From positions 33,264 to 97,263 of the forward strand of contig JAIBBD010000003.1 in the NCBI GenBank assembly GCA_019694855.1: a stretch of 64,000 nt of DNA, written 5' to 3'. This document shows positions 25,947 to 34,321 of the stretch, in pieces. The notes beneath the pieces are model-generated. The model did not search any database, was not told where the DNA came from, and saw only the letters and a list, made by a program, of their open reading frames with translations. The translations under genes and the position numbers were made by a program. The DNA is from Dehalococcoidia bacterium. Its GTDB lineage: Bacteria > Chloroflexota > Dehalococcoidia > UBA2979. Each line of letters opens with the position of its first letter. Position 1 is the first letter of the stretch.

Positions 25947-27512
25947 ATGACAGGACACACCCCCCTCTTCTCCCAGGTATCCCGCCTTCTGAACGAGGCT
26001 GACCGCCGCAACCGTGAGGAACGAGGCCTCAGTCGCCGCCGGTTCCTCAAGCGTGGCGCACTCAGCCTCGGAGCAGCCGCCACGGTCGCGGCCCTTCCAT
26101 CCGGAGTCTTCGCCAAATCCCAGCCGAGGATCGCCATCGTCGGCGCTGGCATCGCCGGCCTGAGCGCGGCCAACGAACTGCAGCACGCCGGCCTTACGGC
26201 GACCATCTACGAAGGTTCGAACCGCATCGGCGGCCGCATGTGGAGCGGTCACGGCATCATGGGGCCGGGCCTCACCACCGAGATCGGCGGTGAGTTCATC
26301 GACTCCGGCCACCGGGAAATGCTCGCCTACGCTCGGGCGTTCAATCTCCCCCTGATCGACGTCGAGTCCCCCAGCGAGCAGGCCCTGGTCAAGGCGTTCT
26401 ACTTCGACGGCCAGGTCAAGACCGCGGAGCAGGTCATCGAGGCCTTCCGGCCGGTCGCCGATGTGATCGCACGAGACCAGCGCAAGGTGGCCTTCACCGA
26501 CTACACGAACTACAACCAGCGCGCCCTCGAACTCGACAACACCCCGCTCTCCGACTACCTCGTGCAGGTTGGGGCCACCGGCTTCCTGCGCGAACTGCTC
26601 GACGTCGCCTACCTCACCGAATACGGCGGGGAGACGAATGTGCAGTCCGCCCTCAACCTCGTCTTCCTGATTGGCACGAAGACGAACCAGGGCTTCGAGG
26701 AGTTCGGTGTCTCCGACCAGCGCTACAAGGTCGTCGGCGGCAACCAGCGGATCACGGACGCCCTCGCTTCCCAGGTCCAACAGGGGGGCTCCCCGATCCG
26801 TCTCGGCGAGCGCCTCGTTGCCGTCCGTGAGCGGCGTGGTGGCGGACGCAAGACCTTCGTCTGCACCTTCGCTTCGGCCGGCGGCACGCACGAGGTCACG
26901 ACGGACATCCTGCTGCTGACCACGCCGTTCAGCGTCCTCCGCGACATCGACCTCGACGTCCCCCTTGTCCCGCGGGTCCGTCACTACATTGATGAGTGCG
27001 GTTACGGCACCAACTCCAAACTCGTGCTCGGCTTCAACCGGCGCTACTGGCGCGACTCCGGCTTCAGCGGCCTGTTCTTTACGGACCTCGCCCTGCAGTC
27101 CGGCTGGGATAGTTCGCAACTGCAGCCCGGCGACCTCGCCAGCCTCACCATCTTCACCGGGGGCAACCAGGGTATCGCCGCGGGCGCCGGTTCCCTGCAG
27201 TCGCAGCGCAATGCCGCCCTCCCCCGGGTCGAGCAGATCTTCCCCGGCGCCAACGCGAACAAGAACGACCGCGCCTTCCGCTTCATCTGGCCCACCTACG
27301 AGTGGAGCCGCGGCAGTTACACGTCGTTCACGCCCGGTCAGTACACCGCCTTCACCGGCAGCGCCCAGCCCACGGTCATCGGTGACTACCCCGAGCCGAG
27401 CGGCCAGCTCTTCTTCGCGGGCGAGCACCTCAACTTCGACTTCCAGGGCTACATGGAAGGCGGCGCCGTCTCCGGCAAGGAAGCCGCCCGCCAGATCGCG
27501 CGAGTCGCCTGA
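25947..27512 (+). CDS. Tat-secreted flavin-containing amine oxidase family protein
   Basis: Twin-arginine signal SRRRFLKRGALSLGAAA. FAD dinucleotide fold IAIVGAGIAGLSAA...YEGSNRIGGR. C-terminal amine-oxidase region. Confidence 0.85.
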   Translation: MTGHTPLFSQVSRLLNEADRRNREERGLSRRRFLKRGALSLGAAATVAALPSGVFAKSQPRIAIVGAGIAGLSAANELQHAGLTATIYEGSNRIGGRMWSGHGIMGPGLTTEIGGEFIDSGHREMLAYARAFNLPLIDVESPSEQALVKAFYFDGQVKTAEQVIEAFRPVADVIARDQRKVAFTDYTNYNQRALELDNTPLSDYLVQVGATGFLRELLDVAYLTEYGGETNVQSALNLVFLIGTKTNQGFEEFGVSDQRYKVVGGNQRITDALASQVQQGGSPIRLGERLVAVRERRGGGRKTFVCTFASAGGTHEVTTDILLLTTPFSVLRDIDLDVPLVPRVRHYIDECGYGTNSKLVLGFNRRYWRDSGFSGLFFTDLALQSGWDSSQLQPGDLASLTIFTGGNQGIAAGAGSLQSQRNAALPRVEQIFPGANANKNDRAFRFIWPTYEWSRGSYTSFTPGQYTAFTGSAQPTVIGDYPEPSGQLFFAGEHLNFDFQGYMEGGAVSGKEAARQIARVA

Positions 27513-27523
27513 GAATTCTGCGT

Positions 27524-27552
27524 GTGGCCGGCGCGCACCTCGCGCCGGCCAC
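27524..27552 (+). terminator. GC-rich hairpin GTGGCCGGCGCG-cacct-CGCGCCGGCCAC downstream of the amine oxidase gene (no U tract)
   Basis: Perfect 12-bp stem, seen directly. Confidence 0.4.
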
Positions 27553-27829
27553 GGTGGGCGGCCCAAACAGCATGGCGAAAGGGGTGGAGAGCCCGCGAGG
27601 CGCCTCCCTCTGCCGGGCCCTCCGAGGCGCGAGCACCGGAGGCGCGTGGCGCTGTGCTCACACGTAACGTAATAGCTCAGTCAAGCATTGCCCCAGCGTA
27701 AGGTTCTGGATCGGCCCGGCGAAGACAGCGGGCGGCGTCGCCGCCGCATTGCGCCCGCTCGTCGGGAGCGGGACTGGTCGCCTCCCCTACCATCGAAGTC
27801 AGTCCCACATACCCTGATGAGGAGGCTCA

Positions 27830-29959
27830 GTGAACGAGGGGATACCGCTTCGCGTCTGGCCCGGCCGGCCCTTCCCCCTCGGCGCCTCCTTCGATGGCGC
27901 CGGCACCAACTTCGCGCTTTTTTCGGAGGTCGCCGAGCGCGTCGAGCTCTGCCTCGTTGACGATCAGGGCCGCGAGACCCGCGTCGATCTCCCCGAGGTG
28001 ACCAGCCTTTGCTGGCACGGCTACCTCCCTGACGTCTACCCCGGCCAGCGCTACGGCTTCCGCGTTCACGGCCCGTGGGACCCGGCCACTGGTCACCGCT
28101 GCAACCCCGCCAAGCTCCTGCTCGACCCCTACGCCCGCGCCATCGAGGGCTCCATCGAATGGAACCCAGCCCTCTACCCCTACAACCTGGGCGCCGAGGA
28201 CGACTCGCCGAACCTCGAGGACAGCGCCCCCTTCGTCCCGAAGGCCGTCGTCGCCAACCCCTTCTTCGACTGGGGCAACGACCGCCCCCCCTCCGTCCCG
28301 AAGCACAACACCGTCATCTACGAAGTCCACGTCAGGGGCTTCACCAGCCAGCATCCCGATCTCCCCGAAGAGATCCGCGGCACCTATGCCGCGCTCGCCA
28401 GTCCGCCGGTTGTCGCCTACCTCCAACAGCTTGGTGTGACGACCGTCGAGTTGCTCCCTGTCCACGAGTTCGTGCACGACCACGCCCTCATCGAGCGTGG
28501 ACTCCGCAACTACTGGGGCTACAACTCCATCGGCTTCTTCGCACCGCACCACGAGTACGCCCGCGGCATCGCGCCCGGCAACCAGGTCCTCGAGTTCAAG
28601 CAGATGGTGCGCGCTCTGCACGCCGCCGGCATCGAGGTCATCCTCGACGTCGTCTACAACCACACCGCCGAGGGCAACCACCTCGGCCCGATGCTTTCCT
28701 TCAAGGGCATCGACAATGCCGCCTTCTACCGCCTCGTCGCCGACGACCCGCGCTACTACATGGACTACACCGGCACCGGCAACACGCTGAACATGCGCAA
28801 CCCCTTCGTGCTCCAGCTCATCATGGACAGCCTCCGCTACTGGGTGACCGAGATGCACGTCGACGGCTTCCGCTTCGACCTCGCGGCGACCCTCGCTCGC
28901 GAGCTCCACGACGTCGACCGCCTCTCTGCCTTCTTCGACCTCGTCCAGCAGGACCCGATCGTGAGCCAGGTCAAGCTCATCGCCGAGCCATGGGATGTCG
29001 GCGACGGCGGCTACCAGGTCGGCAACTTCCCGCCCCAGTGGGCCGAATGGAACGGCAAGTACCGCGACACGGTGCGCGACTTCTGGCGAGGCGAGGACCA
29101 GACCCTCGCCGACTTCGCCAACCGCTTCACCGGCAGCTCCGACCTCTACCAGAACAGCCGCCGCTACCCCTCCGCCAGCGTCAACTTCGTCACCGCCCAC
29201 GACGGCTTCACACTCCGCGACCTCGTGTCCTACAACGAGAAACACAACGAGGCCAACGGCGAGGAGAATCGTGACGGCGAGTCGCACAACCGCTCATGGA
29301 ACTGCGGCGTCGAGGGCGATACGGACGACCCCGAGGTGCTCGACCTCCGCGCACGCCAGCAGCGCAACTTCCTCGCCACGCTCTTCCTCTCCCAGGGCAT
29401 TCCGATGCTCCTCCACGGCGACGAGGCCGGTCGCACCCAGTCCGGCAACAACAACGCCTATTGCCAGGACAACCAGACCTCGTGGTTCGACTGGTCCGCC
29501 GTCGATGAGTCCCTGCTCGAGTTCACCCGCCGCTTAATCGCCTTCCGCCGCGATCATCCCGTCTTCCACCGTCGCCGCTGGTTCCAGGGCCGTCCCATTC
29601 GAGGCGTCGGCCATGACATCGCCTGGTACAAACCTGGTGGCGGCGAGATGACCGACGAGGACTGGGACACCGGCTTCGCCAAGTCGTTGCTCGTTTACCT
29701 CAATGGCGAAGGCATCGCCGCCCCCGACGAGTGGGGCGAGCACGTCCACGACTCCAGCTTCCTCGTCTGCTTCAACGCCCACCACGAGGACATCGACTTC
29801 ACCCTCCCGGACATCGAGCCCGGCCTCCGCTGGACCGAGGCGTTGAGCACGCTGCCAGACGCCGCCGAACCCTCCCCCACGCCCGCCGCTTCGGCCGCGC
29901 CCATCTCCGTCGCCCCCCGCAGCATCCTCGTGCTCATTGGCGTCCCTGCCGAGGCCTGA
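27830..29959 (+). CDS. glgX: Glycogen debranching enzyme GlgX (GH13 isoamylase-type)
   Basis: N-terminal CBM48-like region. GH13 catalytic signatures (DVVYNHT, GFRFDLA, EPWD). GTG start with a GAGGAGG Shine-Dalgarno sequence. Confidence 0.9.
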   Translation: MNEGIPLRVWPGRPFPLGASFDGAGTNFALFSEVAERVELCLVDDQGRETRVDLPEVTSLCWHGYLPDVYPGQRYGFRVHGPWDPATGHRCNPAKLLLDPYARAIEGSIEWNPALYPYNLGAEDDSPNLEDSAPFVPKAVVANPFFDWGNDRPPSVPKHNTVIYEVHVRGFTSQHPDLPEEIRGTYAALASPPVVAYLQQLGVTTVELLPVHEFVHDHALIERGLRNYWGYNSIGFFAPHHEYARGIAPGNQVLEFKQMVRALHAAGIEVILDVVYNHTAEGNHLGPMLSFKGIDNAAFYRLVADDPRYYMDYTGTGNTLNMRNPFVLQLIMDSLRYWVTEMHVDGFRFDLAATLARELHDVDRLSAFFDLVQQDPIVSQVKLIAEPWDVGDGGYQVGNFPPQWAEWNGKYRDTVRDFWRGEDQTLADFANRFTGSSDLYQNSRRYPSASVNFVTAHDGFTLRDLVSYNEKHNEANGEENRDGESHNRSWNCGVEGDTDDPEVLDLRARQQRNFLATLFLSQGIPMLLHGDEAGRTQSGNNNAYCQDNQTSWFDWSAVDESLLEFTRRLIAFRRDHPVFHRRRWFQGRPIRGVGHDIAWYKPGGGEMTDEDWDTGFAKSLLVYLNGEGIAAPDEWGEHVHDSSFLVCFNAHHEDIDFTLPDIEPGLRWTEALSTLPDAAEPSPTPAASAAPISVAPRSILVLIGVPAEA

Positions 29960-30074
29960 GCGTCGGCGCGCTCGCCTCGCCGGCGCGGCGTCTGCAATTC
30001 CTGCGGCGGGCGCTGTTCCTCGTGCGCAACGCCTTTGCCCGTAGCCTCCGAAGCAAGCCCACGCAGGAGGAGAC

Positions 30075-30246
30075 ATGAACGACAACGACCAGCAGAAGCA
30101 GCTGAGGATGGCCGGCGGCGCCGGCCGGCATGGCGACCGGCGGCTTCCTCGGCTGGTCGATGGGCATGATGAGCGGCTCCATGATCGGATTCGTCGCCGG
30201 CCGCTGGACCGGCCTCATGATCCGCAAGAGCACGAAGCACGGGTAA
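30075..30246 (+). CDS. Probable small membrane peptide. The strong-RBS ATG at 30075 is in one frame, while a Gly-zipper hydrophobic peptide (MATGGFLGWSMGMMSGSMIGFVAGRWTGLMIRKSTKHG) is in the +1 frame from 30130 to the TAA at 30246. A possible frameshift lies in the GC repeat ggccggcggcgccggccggc
   Basis: Perfect AGGAGG-N6-ATG at 30075. The frame from 30075 gives an Arg-rich, implausible product. The +1 frame gives a plausible TM peptide ending at a stop just before the transporter gene. Confidence 0.35.
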
Positions 30247-30337
30247 CGGCCACACGATGGGCGAGCGGGTCATCGGCACTCGCTGTCTCGGGCGCGCCTC
30301 CGGTGGCACCCATGGGGGATGAACGCGCCGCGCTGAC

Positions 30338-32137
30338 GTGAGTGACTTCGTTTCTCCCGAGGCGAGACTATTCGCCATCATCGCGGTCGCGATCGCGCTG
30401 CTCGTCAGCGAGCGCATTCGCGCGGACCTTGTTGGGGTCCTCATCGTGGTCGCCCTCTGGGCCGCCCGCCTTCTCAACCCCGACGAGGCGCTCGCCGGCT
30501 TCAGCAGCGAGCCTGCCATCGCTGTCGCCGCCGTGTTCGTCCTCGGCGCGGGCCTCCTCGAGACCGGCGTCTCCGATGCCGCTGGCCGCCTGATCGCCCG
30601 CTGGTCAGGCCCCGGGTTGCTTCGCCCGCTCGCCTTGCTGATGGGCTCAGTCGGCCTCCTCTCCGCCTTTACACACCACGTCACGACTACCGCCAGCATG
30701 GTCCCCGTCGCGCTCGACCTCTCGAAGGAACGCGACATCCCGCCCTCGCGCCTGCTGATGCCGATCTCGTTCGCCGCCTCGCTCGGCACCACCATCACCA
30801 TCATCGGCGCCCCCGCCTTCCTCATCGCGAGCGACGCGCTCCAGGGCGCCGGCGAACCTCCGCTCGGTGTCTTCTCCGTCGCCCCCCTCGGCCTCGCGCT
30901 CCTCGCCGCCGGCGTGCTCTTCATGCTCCTCACCGGCCGCTGGCTGCTCCCCGACCGCCGAGGCGTCGAAGACCCGTCCGCCGGCTACCGCCTCGACGGC
31001 TACCTCACCGAGATCGAGGTCCAGCCCGGCTCGCCGCTCCTCGACAAGTCTGCCGAGGATCTCGCCACCGACCGCCGCTACGAATTCGAGGTCGTCGGCC
31101 GCATCCGAGACGGCTCGCGCGTCCCCGGCCGCTTCGCCGAGGGTGACCTCCAGGAAGGCGATGTCCTCCTCGTCCGCACGTCCCCGGAGCACATGCTCGC
31201 CGTCGGCGAGGAGCGCGGGATCGAGCTCGGCCCCACGAGCCAGTACGAGCGCGCTTCGGTCCCCAGGGACGCCGACGAAGAGGACGTCGAGGAACGCCTT
31301 GTCCAGGTCGTCGTCGCCGCCGCCTCGGACTTCGCTGGCCGCACCATCGCCCAGGTTGACTTCCGTCAGCGCTTCGGTGTCCTCGTCCTCGGTCTCTGGC
31401 GGCAGCGCGGCTGGCTCGCGGATCAGCTCGCCCACGTCCGGCTGCAGCCCGGCGATGTCCTCGTCGTCCAGGGCGACGAGGACGCCCTCGCGCGCCTCTC
31501 GGCCGACCGTGGCGTCCTGATGCTCGTTCCCTTCCAGGGCCGCGCCCGGGTGCTCCGCAAGCGCTGGCTCGCGCTCGCTATCCTGCTCGGCGCAATCGCC
31601 CTCGCCATCGCCGGCGCCCCGCTGCAGATGGCGATGCTCGTCGGAGCGGCCGCGATGGTCCTCACCCGTTGCGTGACCCCCGGCCAGGCCTACCGTGCCA
31701 TCGACCAGCGCGTCTTCGTCTTCATCGCGGGAGCGATCCCGCTCGGCGCCGCGATGGAGAAGACCGGCGCAGCCCGCACGATCGCCGAACTCCTGGAGCA
31801 GCCGCTCTCTGGCGCGACGCCCTTCATCGCGCTCCTCGCGATCTTCGTCGCCGTCGCCCTCGTCACCCAGTTCATGTCGGACGCCGCCACGACCGCGCTC
31901 TTTGCCCCCATCGCCCTGGGCCTGGCCGGCGCCATCGGCGTCTCCCCCACCGCCTGCGTCGTCACGGTCGCCGTTGGCTCCGTCGCCTCCTCGATCACGC
32001 CGCTCGGCCACCACGGCAACCTGCTCGTCTACGGCCCCGGCGGCTACCGCTTCAGCGACTTCGTCCGCGCCGGCACGCCGCTGACCCTTCTGGTCGGCAT
32101 CATCGCCGCCGCCGGCACCCCCCTCCTCTGGCCCTGA
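30338..32137 (+). CDS. DASS/SLC13-type anion transporter with two central TrkA-C domains
   Basis: 599-aa protein: N- and C-terminal polytopic halves flanking two TrkA_C-like soluble domains (...GDVLLVRTSPEHM..., ...GDVLVVQGDEDAL...). Confidence 0.85.
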   Translation: MSDFVSPEARLFAIIAVAIALLVSERIRADLVGVLIVVALWAARLLNPDEALAGFSSEPAIAVAAVFVLGAGLLETGVSDAAGRLIARWSGPGLLRPLALLMGSVGLLSAFTHHVTTTASMVPVALDLSKERDIPPSRLLMPISFAASLGTTITIIGAPAFLIASDALQGAGEPPLGVFSVAPLGLALLAAGVLFMLLTGRWLLPDRRGVEDPSAGYRLDGYLTEIEVQPGSPLLDKSAEDLATDRRYEFEVVGRIRDGSRVPGRFAEGDLQEGDVLLVRTSPEHMLAVGEERGIELGPTSQYERASVPRDADEEDVEERLVQVVVAAASDFAGRTIAQVDFRQRFGVLVLGLWRQRGWLADQLAHVRLQPGDVLVVQGDEDALARLSADRGVLMLVPFQGRARVLRKRWLALAILLGAIALAIAGAPLQMAMLVGAAAMVLTRCVTPGQAYRAIDQRVFVFIAGAIPLGAAMEKTGAARTIAELLEQPLSGATPFIALLAIFVAVALVTQFMSDAATTALFAPIALGLAGAIGVSPTACVVTVAVGSVASSITPLGHHGNLLVYGPGGYRFSDFVRAGTPLTLLVGIIAAAGTPLLWP

Positions 32138-32254
32138 CCCACCCTCATATCCGCGCCTGACCGCCCGACGAGAGGGTGTACGATGCGCTCCGGCCGCTCA
32201 GACGTCGGCTCGCCGACGAGCCGGCCCGAAGGCGCGCGAAGCGAGACACCCGCT

Positions 32255-32944
32255 ATGGCCCGGTCCGGCGACACCACCACCGATCTCGTCCACCGCGTGC
32301 CCCTGCTCGCGAGTCTCTCCGAGGAGGACATCCGCTCCCTCGCTCCCATCGCCGGCCGCCGTTCGTTCCGTCACGGCCACACGATCTTCCGCGAAGGAGA
32401 ACCGGGGGATTCCCTCTACATCCTGATCCGAGGGAGTGTCTTCATCACGATGCTCTCGAGCGACGGGGCGGAGAGCATCCTCGCGGTGCTACGCGGCGGC
32501 GATTGCCTTGGCGAACTCTCGTTACTGGACGGCTTCCCCCGCTCGGCTACCGCTCGCGCCGCCGAGGACGTCGACGCTCTCGTCGTGACCCGCGACCACT
32601 TCCAATCGTGGCTCGCCGATCACCACGCCGCCTCGCTCGCGCTGCTTCGGACGCTGAGCATGCGCATTCGCCGGACGAACGCCGCATTGGCCGATCGCAA
32701 CGCGCTCGACCTCTGGCAGCGGCTCGCCAAGCAGCTCCTCCTGCTCGCCGATGACCAGCCCCGCGCGTCAGCCTCCGACGGCACCGACCTCCGCGTGACG
32801 CAGCAGCAGCTCGCGGAGATGCTCGGCGTCACCCGCGAGGCCGTGAACAAGACGCTGCGCGAATTCGCACAGGCCGGCTGGATCGAACTCCGACGAGGGC
32901 TCGTCAGGATCTGTGACACCGCGAGCCTCGCGGAACAGTTGTAG
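32255..32944 (+). CDS. Crp/Fnr-family transcriptional regulator
   Basis: cNMP-binding-type beta-roll (GEPGDSLYILIRGSV...GELSLL) and a C-terminal HTH (TQQQLAEMLGVTREAVNKTLREF). An upstream GTG 32183 is an alternative start. Confidence 0.8.
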   Translation: MARSGDTTTDLVHRVPLLASLSEEDIRSLAPIAGRRSFRHGHTIFREGEPGDSLYILIRGSVFITMLSSDGAESILAVLRGGDCLGELSLLDGFPRSATARAAEDVDALVVTRDHFQSWLADHHAASLALLRTLSMRIRRTNAALADRNALDLWQRLAKQLLLLADDQPRASASDGTDLRVTQQQLAEMLGVTREAVNKTLREFAQAGWIELRRGLVRICDTASLAEQL

Positions 32945-33343
32945 CCGTCCATCGCACCTGGGCGGGCGCCGTCGCTAGACAAGCGGAATCAGGAAGCTGC
33001 CCCTCGCCTCCGCGGTGCGGCGCGCCGCATCGAGGGAGCGTAGGAACTGGTCCTGCCGGATCGCCCGCTCGAGCACTCCAGCGCCGTCGGCCGCGAAACG
33101 AGAGTCGTGTGTGGTTGCAGCGAGTTCCGCTCGGCTTCGGGATGCCGTCCCGCTGCCGGTCCTGACTTCGATCATGAGTGCCTCCAGCCCCGCTGGCAGC
33201 CCGAGGAGACTGCCCGTTGGCTGGAGCGTGTATCGAGCGTCGAACCGGTTCCATGAACTGGCGCACAGATCGCCGGACTCGCATCGATTCGTCCCTGCAG
33301 CCCCCGCCACTCCGGTGCGGCGACAACCCCCGGGAGGCCGTGC

Positions 33344-34227
33344 TCACACAGCGATCATCGCAGCCAGCTCGTGACCGAGGAGCTGCCTCACCAGCGCCCT
33401 CAAGTCGCCGGCAGGCGCCCAGACCTCGTCGATGTCCAGAAGCGCATTGGCCAGGGCTGCTCCCTCGGGTGTCGCCTGGTACCGCCGCCGGCGGATCGCC
33501 TCCGCGAGCTCTGCGGCGGCGTCCGCCGACGCGGGAAGCAAGCGCTCATCGATGCCCAGCAGCGAGCCGGCGACGTTCCAGCTGTGCGCGTAGTCATAGA
33601 GCGTCCGCGCGTCGACCTGGACCCCCACCCGAGGCAACCGGATCGCCGTCATCCATGAGAGCGTGAGAAGCGTGGCCGCCAGGTCCTCCTGGTTGAGGCG
33701 CGCCTCCCCCGAGGGCGATTCGGGGCGAGTGCCCGGCTCTCCACTCAGGCGCAGCGCGGCGTGTAACAGCCGCACTCGCTGGATCGCGCGACGCCCGTCC
33801 GCACCGTCGCCCAGGCCGCCGGGGCTCATCACCGAACGGACGAATTCGGCGGTGCGCCGAACTCGGCGCAGCGGATCGACGCCGAGCGTCGAATGTCGGT
33901 TTAGTTCCCGTGCCACGGCCGCGTTGCAGTACGACTCCGGAAGCGCCCCGAAGCCGAGCACCGTCATCACCGCCGCCGACTCCCGTTCGAACAACGCCTG
34001 CCCTCGTCCGACTGCGGCGACATCCGTCCAGTCGGGGAGGCGGCCCGTCGCGACGAGGTAGGAATCGATCGCCGGGTGCCTCGGAAACCGCTCGTTGAGT
34101 TCGGCGATGAGTTCGCCGACCACGGCCGGCTCCCGCCCACCGCCGAGGATGGCAAGCACGCATTCGTCGGCGACGGCATCGCCGGTCGCGCGAAGCTCAT
34201 CGAGTAACTCGTCCGAGATGTAGGTCA
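33344..34227 (-). CDS. MpaB/DUF2236-family (ER-bound oxygenase-like) protein
   Basis: DUF2236-like helical protein. ATG 34227 with a GGAGAG Shine-Dalgarno sequence. Convergent with the crp gene. Confidence 0.65.
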
Positions 34228-34321
34228 TTTGCTCTCCGTCTGAGTCCACCAGAAACGCTCAAAAGACGTGACCACTCTCCTGCACGTATAGTCGTCCGCA
34301 ACCGAGACTGACAAGGTCCCA

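Noticed and set aside
25911-27566. 551-aa minus-strand ORF
   Set aside because: Antisense to the Tat-signal amine oxidase gene. No recognisable motifs.
27827-29287. 486-aa minus-strand ORF and 399-aa plus-strand alternative-frame ORF (28075-29274)
   Set aside because: Shadows of glgX. Only the 27830-29959 frame shows the GH13 catalytic motifs.
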